NCBI GenBank assembly: GCA_963925675.1
Contig: CAWUSW010000034.1
Coordinates: 2,895-66,894, forward strand
Direction of reading: 5' to 3'
Origin: an uncultured Pseudomonadales bacterium
Lineage (GTDB): Bacteria; Pseudomonadota; Gammaproteobacteria; Pseudomonadales; Pseudohongiellaceae
DNA: 64,000 nt
The notes under the pieces are model-generated. The model had not been told where the DNA came from. It worked only from the letters and a program-made list of their open reading frames with translations, and searched no databases. A program made the translations under genes and the position numbers. Below, one piece after another: positions 1 through 8,464 of the stretch (the first letter of the stretch is position 1; the number at the start of each line of letters is the position of its first letter).

Positions 1-883
1 ATGAAGTAGGTTTGTCTTCTCTGTCACTGACATTAAAACTGGCTGGCTGGAGTGCAGCTATGGCGTTTTGTGTCTGTTCTTCTGTCTTGGGTTTGAAGTC
101 ACCATCCTTATATTTCAACACTTCAAAGTGCAGGGGCTCAACATCCTCATTGGCCTGCATATTTGCGGAGAGTAAATTGGCATAAAGTTCCCAGTACTCT
201 TCCGGCACAAAGGCGCGAATTTCTTTTTCTCGCTCTACCAGCAAACGCACTGCAACAGACTGAACACGACCCGCTGACAAGCCTCTGGCGACTTTTGCCC
301 ACAATAGTGGAGATACCATGAAGCCCACAACCCTGTCGAGGAAACGGCGTGCCTGTTGCGCCTCAACATGTTTCATATCGACTTCACCAGGCTTAGCAAA
401 AGCAGCTTGAATGGCTTTTTTGGTAATTTCGTTAAATACAACGCGCTTATAACGGGAATCATCACCGCCAATGGCTTCGCGCAGATGCCAGGCAATGGCT
501 TCACCTTCCCTATCAAGGTCAGTCGCGAGATAAATAGTATCGGCGTCTTTGGCGAATTTTTTCAGGTCACTGACGACCTTTTCCTTGCCTGGGAGAATTT
601 TGTAATTGGCCTTCCAGTTGTGTTCAGGATCAATGCCCATACGGGCGATGAGCTGGGTTTTAGCTTTTTTGGCTTTATGGATCTTCTTCTTTTCAGGATC
701 CATTTTACGGGTTTCGGCAGCTGCCTTGGCCCTGGCTTTGGGGTCGACTGGAGCGCTGGATCCGCTGGTAGGCAGGTCACGAATATGACCAACAGATGAC
801 TTTACTATGAAGTCATTGCCGAGGTATTTGTTAATTGTTTTGGCCTTTGCAGGTGACTCAACAATAACCAGTGATTTACCCAT
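1..883 (-). CDS. topA: DNA topoisomerase I, N-terminal part (gene runs off the left window edge)
   Basis: Not in the ORF track because it is truncated. My translation of the minus strand from ATG (cat at 881-883) gives [38 protein letters not shown]... then ...[13 protein letters not shown]... (Toprim/TopA N-terminus). The frame stays open to position 1. The + strand ORFs 356-799 and 606-788 are antisense shadows. Confidence 0.9.
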   Translation of the reverse strand, partial: MGKSLVIVESPAKAKTINKYLGNDFIVKSSVGHIRDLPTSGSSAPVDPKARAKAAAETRKMDPEKKKIHKAKKAKTQLIARMGIDPEHNWKANYKILPGKEKVVSDLKKFAKDADTIYLATDLDREGEAIAWHLREAIGGDDSRYKRVVFNEITKKAIQAAFAKPGEVDMKHVEAQQARRFLDRVVGFMVSPLLWAKVARGLSAGRVQSVAVRLLVEREKEIRAFVPEEYWELYANLLSANMQANEDVEPLHFEVLKYKDGDFKPKTEEQTQNAIAALQPASFNVSDREDKPTS

Positions 884-1171
884 TTAAATTTCGTATCCCG
901 TTTTTTTGCAGAAAATTTAGGTCACTTTTGTAATATCTGGCGACCAAAACAGGCGCCATAATTAATGACAAGCCCCGTGTTGGTCAAGAGTTCTGTTTAA
1001 TTATTTTTATAAATTGATCATGCAGGCATATTTCTATAAAGAAACATGCTGTAAATACAGGCATTTTTGAGCAGAAAAAAGTTTTCATTGCCCACAGCCC
1101 GAAAAAGGCGGGCATTAAACCACCGGTTTTGGGAAAAGAAAAGAGAAAATTTTGGGGCCTTCAGAAATCTT

Positions 1172-2215
1172 TTACAAGGGGACTTCCATAGTCCAGCCGA
1201 AATTATCTTCCCTTTCGCCATTTTGAATCTGGCATAAGAGATCATATAACTGCTGCATTACGGGACCTACTTCTTCACCATTGCCATAGAAACTGTGCCA
1301 GGCATTATCAAACCAGATCTTCCCTACAGGAGACAGCACTGCTGCGGTGCCACAGGCTGCCACTTCAACAAAGGTGTCCAGTTCGCCGCGCAGATCAATA
1401 GCACGTTCCTCGGTTTCCATGCCAAGATCGACCCTGGCAATATCCATGATTGAGCGTCGCGTTATGCTTGGCAATATAGCCGCCGATTTGGGAGTGATCA
1501 GTTTATTCTCGGTGGTACAGATGATGATATTCGCTGATCCTGCTTCTTCTATATATCGTCTTTCACCAGCATCAAGATAAAGTGCTTCGTTGGCACCGAG
1601 TTCCTGCGCCTTGCGTGTTGCATACAGGCCGCCTGGGTAATTTGCACCCGCCTTCACATCGCCGGTACCATGAGGTGCTGCACGGTCAAAGTCAGACACT
1701 GCCAGCTTGATGGCTGAAAGACCACCGCTCTTGTAATAAGGGCCTACCGGGGAAACCATGACGCGGAATTCATATTGCTTGGCTGGACGTAATCCCATGT
1801 TCTCCCCAATACCGATCAACAGGGGACGGATATACAGGGAAGCACCACTGCCATAAGGTGGAATCCAGGATAAATTGGCACGTACTGCTTCTTTTACACC
1901 ATGCAGAAATAATTCATTGGGCACTTGGGGCATCGACAGGCGATCAGCGGTATTCTGCATACGCTCGCAATTAAGCTCCGGACGAAACAACAATACCCTT
2001 CCATCTTCAGCTGTTTGCGCTTTCATGCCCTCAAAACACTGCTGGGCATAATGCAAGGCAGGCGATCCTTCATGGATATGAATAATCTCGTCAGTACTCA
2101 GCTCGCCTTCAGTCCATTGCCCATTTTCATAGCGAGCGCTGAAGCGGTAGTCCGTCTTGGTATATTCAAAGCCAAGGCTTTTCCAGTCTATTGCCTGTTT
2201 CTGTTGTGCGGTCAT
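1172..2215 (-). CDS. ilvE: branched-chain amino acid aminotransferase
   Basis: ORF 1172-2341 is a full-length class IV aminotransferase (..FEGMKA.., ..YIRPL.., GTGDVKAGANY). I place the start at the internal ATG 2213-2215 (MTAQQKQAIDW...). The upstream 42 codons run through the intergenic heptamer repeat and look non-coding. Confidence 0.88.
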   Translation of the reverse strand: MTAQQKQAIDWKSLGFEYTKTDYRFSARYENGQWTEGELSTDEIIHIHEGSPALHYAQQCFEGMKAQTAEDGRVLLFRPELNCERMQNTADRLSMPQVPNELFLHGVKEAVRANLSWIPPYGSGASLYIRPLLIGIGENMGLRPAKQYEFRVMVSPVGPYYKSGGLSAIKLAVSDFDRAAPHGTGDVKAGANYPGGLYATRKAQELGANEALYLDAGERRYIEEAGSANIIICTTENKLITPKSAAILPSITRRSIMDIARVDLGMETEERAIDLRGELDTFVEVAACGTAAVLSPVGKIWFDNAWHSFYGNGEEVGPVMQQLYDLLCQIQNGEREDNFGWTMEVPL

Positions 2216-2315
2216 GTTATTACGAGAAATTATCCAGCCCAAAAAAGCGCGTATTATAACGGGCAATGATAGTTTTCTCTCATGTTTTTTCCGGCTTTGC
2301 AGGAAAAAAAATAGT

Positions 2316-2454
2316 CCCAAGTTACAAGTCTCAAGTCGCAAGGAAACCTGCTAATTACTAACTTGTGACTTTTGTTCCAGAGTAAAAATGAAAATTCCGA
2401 CCGAGCAGGCAACTTTAAACGCTTTGGGACTTGTGACTTGGGACTTGTGACTAG
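2316..2454. repeat. inverted arrays of 7-bp-period CAAGT units
   Basis: CAAGT/CAAGG at 2318, 2325, 2332 and 2339 on the + strand. The reverse-complement unit ACTTG/ACTTT occurs at 2361 and 2368, and again at 2422(CTTTG), 2429, 2436, 2443 and 2450(ACTAG). Spacing is exactly 7 bp throughout. Lies in the divergent ilvE/tatD intergenic region. Confidence 0.8.
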
Positions 2455-2493
2455 TAATATACAGACGTTCCTAAACTGTCACTTATCCCACCT

Positions 2494-3297
2494 ATGCCCA
2501 GTAAGAATTCTTATCCGCTGATAGACATCGGCGCCAACCTGGGCCATGACAGTTTCAGTGCAGATCTTGAACAGATCATCGATGAAGCCACGCAGGCAGG
2601 CATTGAACATATTATGGTGACCGGCACCTCACTTGAGGGGAGCCATGCTGCATTAGCGGTGGCCGAAAAATATACTGAATTTTGCTCCAGTACTGCCGGG
2701 GTTCATCCGCACGAAGCGGAAAATTATGACGATCAGACGGCTATTGCCCTGCGTGAGCTTGCTACCCATTCCAGGGTAAAAGCAATGGGCGAAACAGGAC
2801 TGGATTATTTTCGGGATTACTCACCTCGCGATGTCCAGCAAAGGGCTCTTGAAGGACAGTTACAGCTGGCTGCAGATCTGCACATGCCGGTGTTCCTGCA
2901 CCAGCGGGAAGGCCATGAAGATTTTATCCGCCTGTTACGTGAATACCGCAATGCCCTGCCCCGTGCAGTAGTTCATTGCTTTACCGGGACAGAAAGTGAA
3001 CTCAGGGACTATCTTGAGCTGGATATGTACATCGGAGTAACAGGCTGGATTTGTGATGAGCGCCGGGGTCATCATCTACACGAGTTTATCCACCTGATCC
3101 CTGAAAACAGACTTATGCTGGAAACGGATGCCCCCTACCTTCTTCCCCGGACCATTCAACCAAAACCAAAATCGCGAAGAAATGTGCCTGCCAATCTTGT
3201 TTATGTTTTGGCAAAAGTAGCCGAATGTTTGGGTAAAACAGAAAAAAATGTAGCAGAAAAGACAAGTCGGAACGCTAGGGATTTTTTCGTTCTGTAA
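2494..3297 (+). CDS. tatD: TatD family metal-dependent hydrolase (DNase)
   Basis: 267 aa with IDIGANL..., AGVHPHEA, GETGLDY, VHCFTG and LETDAPYL motifs of the TatD/YjjV amidohydrolase fold. Confidence 0.88.
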   Translation: MPSKNSYPLIDIGANLGHDSFSADLEQIIDEATQAGIEHIMVTGTSLEGSHAALAVAEKYTEFCSSTAGVHPHEAENYDDQTAIALRELATHSRVKAMGETGLDYFRDYSPRDVQQRALEGQLQLAADLHMPVFLHQREGHEDFIRLLREYRNALPRAVVHCFTGTESELRDYLELDMYIGVTGWICDERRGHHLHEFIHLIPENRLMLETDAPYLLPRTIQPKPKSRRNVPANLVYVLAKVAECLGKTEKNVAEKTSRNARDFFVL

Positions 3298-3475
3298 ACT
3301 CTGCTATATTCACGGAAATTATGAATAAACGAGATTTTTTGCAGCATTACTGGCCGGTGGGGGTATCTCCTTCCTGAGTTCGCGCCTCTATAACCAGTAT
3401 AAAAATAATCAGTTTTCATTCTCCGACCTGCCTGGCCTTGATCAATTTAACCCTGCCATCCCGGATTCCACCCCT

Positions 3476-4336
3476 GTGGAGGAACTGATTGCGGAAAATA
3501 TGCCCACTGCCAATTCGCCTGCCATCATCGTGGCGCCAGAAAATGATTTACAGGAAGGCTTCAAACATTCCGAACGCAGTCTCAGTGGCGCTGAGCTGGA
3601 CAACCTGCAGGAAGACGAAGTGAGTTTTTATCTGGAGAAAATCCGCAATTTCGATGGCGATTTTCCCGGTGATATATATTTAAGTGAAATTAATCAGCTG
3701 CTGTTATCTCCCACCATTGATCGGCTGGAACGTGTGCAGCGTTTTATCGGGCATGGTAACTTCAATCTGATTGGCATTGATGAAATGCTGTACTTCGCAC
3801 GAAATTACGATGAAATCGGTGAATTTGACCCTGCGGAACTGGCTTTTCTGGAAGAAGTCTTTTTTAACGATGCTACTGACTATGGTTTCTTTGGTGAAAA
3901 GGTCAATCCGGATATGACCCATCGCATTTCTCAGTCAGAAGTTGAAAAAATTGATGGTAGCGGCCATTTCCTTCTCAAAGGTGAATCACTCAATCAATAC
4001 AATCTGATCCACAAAGATGTTGGTACTGAATTACTACTGACCTCTGGTATTCGCAATGTGGTCAAGCAAATGCACCTGTTCTTATCAAAAACCCGTCAGT
4101 CAATGGGCAACCTGTCCAAGGCTTCCCGTTCTCTGGCGCCTCCTGGCTACTCTTTCCATGGCATAGGTGATTTTGATGTCGGCAAGATCGGTCTTGGTGA
4201 AGCCAACTTCACCAGTGATTTTTCCAACACAGAAGAATTTAAGCGATTGATTACCCTGGGTTATGTGGATATTCGCTATACCGACACCAATCGTTATGGG
4301 GTCCGTTACGAACCCTGGCATATCAAGATTATTTAA
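3476..4336 (+). CDS. D-alanyl-D-alanine carboxypeptidase family (VanY-like, peptidase M15) protein; N-terminus probably disrupted
   Basis: The C-terminal LAPPGYSFHGIGDFDVG ... YEPWHI matches the VanY/M15B zinc-peptidase signature (A.PG.S.H..G.a.D ... E.WH). The track start is a GTG. The same frame is open back to 3329, and an ATG at 3321 in another frame encodes a Tat-like signal start (see finding). Confidence 0.6.
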   Translation: MEELIAENMPTANSPAIIVAPENDLQEGFKHSERSLSGAELDNLQEDEVSFYLEKIRNFDGDFPGDIYLSEINQLLLSPTIDRLERVQRFIGHGNFNLIGIDEMLYFARNYDEIGEFDPAELAFLEEVFFNDATDYGFFGEKVNPDMTHRISQSEVEKIDGSGHFLLKGESLNQYNLIHKDVGTELLLTSGIRNVVKQMHLFLSKTRQSMGNLSKASRSLAPPGYSFHGIGDFDVGKIGLGEANFTSDFSNTEEFKRLITLGYVDIRYTDTNRYGVRYEPWHIKII

Positions 4337-4348
4337 AGCCTCTCGCGC

Positions 4349-4630
4349 TCATTTCTGATTGAGTCTGGCAAACTCCAGAAATTGCTCCTCGCTAAAAGGC
4401 CATCCCAGTTCTTCCTTTCCCTCTGCAAATTTAAGTACCGGTATACGAATACCATAACGCGCCATTAATGACTCGGATTCACTGATATCGACTTCTTCAA
4501 GGTTAATTGCCAACGAATTCAGCTGCGGCGCAATCAGGGCAAGGGCTGTTTCACAAAGATGGCAAGCAGAGGTGGAATACAGGATCAGAATTCTGGTCGT
4601 GATATTGTCAGTACTATTAATAACCGTCAT
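4349..4630 (-). CDS. glutaredoxin-like thioredoxin-fold protein (DUF836 type)
   Basis: 93 aa with a single CHLC redox motif after a beta strand (LILYSTSACHLCE), IPVL and a GWPF tail, typical of the DUF836 glutaredoxin 2 family. Confidence 0.7.
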   Translation of the reverse strand: MTVINSTDNITTRILILYSTSACHLCETALALIAPQLNSLAINLEEVDISESESLMARYGIRIPVLKFAEGKEELGWPFSEEQFLEFARLNQK

Positions 4631-4917
4631 CCTGTTGGTTTTCCTTCAATTTTTCACATTTTAAGGGGATAGATCCAGCCTGGAAGCGGTCACACTATAT
4701 AGCTTGAGTCATTCCCTCTCAAGGCTGTTTGAAATCTGTGCTTTCTAATATTTTCAATGCGTACGGATTCACTATAGAATCGATCTTTTTCCGGGCGCCA
4801 TGCGCTCTTAGCTCAGCCATAATAAGGCTCAAGCGATATACGAAGATGTCGGCCGACAATGTTGTTAAGGCCCTGCAGAAATTAATGAAGTAAAATAAGA
4901 AGTAAGAGACTTTATCC

Positions 4918-5877
4918 ATGACGCAATTCGAAGTAATTACCACACTCAAAAACTGGATGTCCCAGCATATTATTGGCCAGGAAAAACTAATAGATCGCCT
5001 GTTGATAGCCTTGCTCGCTGACGGTCACTTACTGGTCGAAGGAGCACCGGGACTGGCCAAAACCAAGGCTATCAAAAACCTTTCAGAAGCTATCGAAGGT
5101 GACTTTCACCGCATCCAGTTCACGCCTGACTTGCTACCCAGCGATATCACCGGCACTGAAATCTACCGTCCTGAAGATGGTAGCTTTCGTTTCCAGCAGG
5201 GCCCAATTTTTCACAATCTGGTCCTGGCTGATGAAATAAACCGTGCCCCGGCGAAAGTCCAGTCTGCCTTGCTGGAAGCAATGGGTGAGCATCAGGTCAG
5301 TGTTGGCAGAGAAACCTTCAAGTTGCCCAAATTATTTCTGGTAATGGCTACCCAAAACCCTATTGAGCAGGAAGGCACCTATCCTTTGCCGGAAGCTCAG
5401 CTCGACCGTTTTCTGATGCATGTGACGGTGGGCTACCCCGATACTGATTCAGAACGAAAAATTCTTAACCTGGTCAGAAATGAAGCGAAAAATATTGATA
5501 TGGATCCACCCAGCGTGGTGGCTCAGGAAGCACTGTTCCAGGCGCGCCAGGAAGTGCTGAACATCCATATGGCTGATGCCGTCGAAGAATATATTCTGCA
5601 GCTGGTTATGGCGACACGAAATCCAGGACCGTATTCTGAAGATCTGGAAAAGTGGATAGATTTTGGAGCCAGCCCACGTGGCACGATATCTCTTGATCTT
5701 TGCTCACGTGCTCACGCCTGGCTGAAGGGAAAAGACTTTGTCAGTCCGGAAGATATTCATGAAGTATTTCATGATGTACTGCGTCATCGCGTGCTATTAA
5801 GCTTTGAAGCTGAAGCTGCCGGTGTCGATGCCGACACAGTGCTGGATAAAATTCTGGAACTGGTTCCTTCTGCCTGA
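4918..5877 (+). CDS. MoxR-family AAA+ ATPase
   Basis: Walker A GAPGLAKT, Walker B LLADEINRAP, ATQNPIEQEGTYPLPEAQLDRF. 319 aa, first gene of a Bat-like operon. Confidence 0.92.
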   Translation: MTQFEVITTLKNWMSQHIIGQEKLIDRLLIALLADGHLLVEGAPGLAKTKAIKNLSEAIEGDFHRIQFTPDLLPSDITGTEIYRPEDGSFRFQQGPIFHNLVLADEINRAPAKVQSALLEAMGEHQVSVGRETFKLPKLFLVMATQNPIEQEGTYPLPEAQLDRFLMHVTVGYPDTDSERKILNLVRNEAKNIDMDPPSVVAQEALFQARQEVLNIHMADAVEEYILQLVMATRNPGPYSEDLEKWIDFGASPRGTISLDLCSRAHAWLKGKDFVSPEDIHEVFHDVLRHRVLLSFEAEAAGVDADTVLDKILELVPSA

Positions 5878-5916
5878 CACTGAATTACTCCAGAACAGCA
5901 ATAACAGGAATCCACG

Positions 5917-6882
5917 TTGTCTCGTAAACGCCAGCTTAATATCCATCAGGACCAATACCGTAGTCGTGGAGCGTTCATCACACTTGAACAGCTCTTCGAC
6001 CAGCGTCATGTAGCCAAGTCTATTGAGCTGGATTATCAGTCACGTAGCCGACTGGGGATGTCGGGTTCCCATATTTCAAAACATAAGGGACGTGGTGTCG
6101 ATTTTGAAGAATTCAGGGCTTATCAGCCCGGAGATGATATCCGGCAGATCGACTGGCGCGTCACTGCCAGAACCGGACGCCCTTTTACCAAAGTGTTTCG
6201 CGAAGAAAGAGAGCGGCCAGTCATTATTGGCATAGATCAGTGCCACAATATGTTTTTCGGTAGCCAGGTGGCATTCAAATCTGTTGTCGCAGCAGAAGCG
6301 GCTGCAATCATTTGCTGGACCACAGTGGACAATGGCGATCGTGTCGGCGGCGTGGTTTTCAACGATGAGAGTAATGAGCTGATCAAGCCCCGGCGCAGTA
6401 AGCGCTCTGCCCTGCGTTTTCTTGACACGCTGGCGCGCTACAATCAATTGTTGGTTGAGCACCATGCAGAAACTGACGCTAACAGCAAAAACTATCTACT
6501 TGATGCGCTGGAGCAGATGTACCGCATCACTCGCCCCGGCTCCAACGTTTATCTGATCAGTGATTTTCAGACCTTTGATGATAAATGCCGGCAATATCTC
6601 CATCAATTGGCTATCCATAACAGCGTGACGTGTATTTTTATTTACGATGCCCTGGAAGAAAATCTGCCGGTTCCCGGCGTTTACAGTATTACCGATGGCA
6701 GCCAGCGCAGCACGATCAATACCTATAAAAAAACCGTCAGGTCACACTATCACGAACAATTTGCTGATCGTCTCGAGATGCTCAGAAATGAATTTAACAA
6801 AATGAAAGTTCCTTTAATCGCCCTGCGTACAGATCAGGTCGTCCTGGATCAAATGGAAACATGGAAGCAGAAGACCCGTTAA
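5917..6882 (+). CDS. DUF58 domain protein (vWA-like, MoxR partner)
   Basis: DFEEFRAYQPGDDIRQIDWRVTARTGRPFTKVF is the DUF58 signature. TTG start with AGGA 7 nt upstream. Directly follows MoxR. Confidence 0.88.
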   Translation: MSRKRQLNIHQDQYRSRGAFITLEQLFDQRHVAKSIELDYQSRSRLGMSGSHISKHKGRGVDFEEFRAYQPGDDIRQIDWRVTARTGRPFTKVFREERERPVIIGIDQCHNMFFGSQVAFKSVVAAEAAAIICWTTVDNGDRVGGVVFNDESNELIKPRRSKRSALRFLDTLARYNQLLVEHHAETDANSKNYLLDALEQMYRITRPGSNVYLISDFQTFDDKCRQYLHQLAIHNSVTCIFIYDALEENLPVPGVYSITDGSQRSTINTYKKTVRSHYHEQFADRLEMLRNEFNKMKVPLIALRTDQVVLDQMETWKQKTR

Positions 6883-7412
6883 GCCAGCTACGCGATATTC
6901 ATCTGCCGGAAGCTGTTACCTTTTGGCCGCCCGCACCCGGGTGGTGGGTTTTGCTTGTACTTTTGTTAATTGGTCTGGCCTTTGTATATCGTCAAGCCAT
7001 TATCGCCATGATTCAGCGAAGAAAATTGGCGAATGTGCTGGAGCAATTAAATGATGCCCATGCGCATTTCACTACCCAGGCCCAAGATGCCGAACAACGC
7101 AATCAGGCAGGTCTGAAATTTCTTGCCGAAATTAACAGCCTCTTGAACCGTGTGGTGATGGTCAAATACCCTGATGCGCCCTCGGAGAAGTTAAGTGGCA
7201 ACAAGTGGCTGGAATTTCTCGACAGTTTCGATAACACCAGCGATTTCACGCAAGGCGCTGGCAGCTCATTGGCAGAAGGTGTTTACCAACGTACTTTTGA
7301 TGCTGATGCCGATGCTCTAGTGGCCCTGGCGAAAACCTGGATAGAAAAGCGTTATCAGGAAAAGAAACCTGCAAGTAACTTTCTCCCGGCTGCAATGGAG
7401 CAAAGCGCATGA
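6861..7412 (+). CDS. DUF4381 domain membrane protein
   Basis: LRDIHLPEAVTFWPPAPGWWVLLVLLL (DUF4381 signature plus one TM helix). Overlaps the DUF58 gene by 22 nt and the next gene by 4 nt. Confidence 0.7.
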   Translation: MEAEDPLSQLRDIHLPEAVTFWPPAPGWWVLLVLLLIGLAFVYRQAIIAMIQRRKLANVLEQLNDAHAHFTTQAQDAEQRNQAGLKFLAEINSLLNRVVMVKYPDAPSEKLSGNKWLEFLDSFDNTSDFTQGAGSSLAEGVYQRTFDADADALVALAKTWIEKRYQEKKPASNFLPAAMEQSA

Positions 7413-8464
7413 TTCAGTTTGTCTGGCTCTGGGCATTTCTCTTTCTGCCATTACCCTGGTTATGCCATACCCTGCTACCCAAAGCAGCTAACCGGGATGC
7501 CTCACTTTATGTTCCCTTTTTCAAATCCATGTCCAGCGTTGAAGCCTCGGCACCGCGTGTTGGTGCACGCAACCGACTGATTGCTGTACTGGCCATCCTC
7601 AGCTGGTTGTTACTGGTGACAGCCACCAGCCGCCCCCAATGGGTTGGTGATCCTGTGCAATTGCCCACAACAGGACGGGATTTAATGCTGGCCGTAGATA
7701 TCTCCGGTTCCATGGAGGCTCAGGACATCCAGTTAAGTGGTCAAAATGCCACACGCTTGCAGGTAGTAAAGTCTGTTGTAGGAGACTTTGTTGAGCGCCG
7801 TACCGGTGACCGCCTGGGACTCATTCTGTTTGCAGCCAGGGCCTATACCCAGGCACCGCTTACCTTCGACAGAGAGACAGTGGAAACCCTGCTCCATGAA
7901 GCTGAAATTGGCATCATTGAAGAAAATGCCACAGCCATAGGCGATGCCATAGGGCTTGGCGTTAAACATTTACGCGAACGTCCCGAGACCAGCCGCATTT
8001 TGATCCTGCTCACTGACGGCGTCAACAATGCGGGTGAAGTGTCCCCGGTACAGGCTGGCGATCTGGCGACACGAGAAAATATTAAAATCTACACCATTGG
8101 TATCGGCGCCGATGCCTCGACAACAAATTCCCTGTTTGGCCCGCGCACCATCAATCCATCGGCAGATCTGGACGAAGATACACTGACCAGTATTGCGGTG
8201 AATACCGGGGGACAATATTTTCGTGCCAGAGACAGAGAAGAACTTGAAGGCATCTACGATATTCTGGACGAGCTCGAACCAGTGGATCAGGAAGCCGAAA
8301 CCTTTCGCCCTACTTCTTCCCTGTTTTACTTCCCTCTGGCTCTGGCCATGGCTTTCAGTTTTCTGATTGCCCTGCTACGCATGCCCTGGGGCATTCTTTT
8401 TGCTGTAAAGGCCCGGCAAGCTCCTGTGGATCAAGATGCCGGCCATGCCGAGGTGAGCCCCTGA
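7409..8464 (+). CDS. vWA domain membrane protein (BatA-like)
   Basis: N-terminal TM helices, MIDAS motif DISGSM, LLTDGVNNAG, C-terminal TM helix. ATGA overlap with the upstream gene. Confidence 0.85.
   Translation: MIQFVWLWAFLFLPLPWLCHTLLPKAANRDASLYVPFFKSMSSVEASAPRVGARNRLIAVLAILSWLLLVTATSRPQWVGDPVQLPTTGRDLMLAVDISGSMEAQDIQLSGQNATRLQVVKSVVGDFVERRTGDRLGLILFAARAYTQAPLTFDRETVETLLHEAEIGIIEENATAIGDAIGLGVKHLRERPETSRILILLTDGVNNAGEVSPVQAGDLATRENIKIYTIGIGADASTTNSLFGPRTINPSADLDEDTLTSIAVNTGGQYFRARDREELEGIYDILDELEPVDQEAETFRPTSSLFYFPLALAMAFSFLIALLRMPWGILFAVKARQAPVDQDAGHAEVSP

Noticed and set aside
356-799. 147-aa + strand ORF (and the nested 606-788 and 562-792 ORFs)
   Set aside because: It lies entirely antisense or out of frame to the clearly recognisable topA reading frame on the minus strand. 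It is an ORF shadow with no recognisable motifs.
2216-2341. 42-codon N-terminal extension of ilvE proposed by the ORF track
   Set aside because: The extension (MRLETCNLGLFFFLQSRKK...) runs through the heptamer repeat array and has no similarity to aminotransferase N-termini. The internal ATG at 2215 gives a normal-length IlvE.
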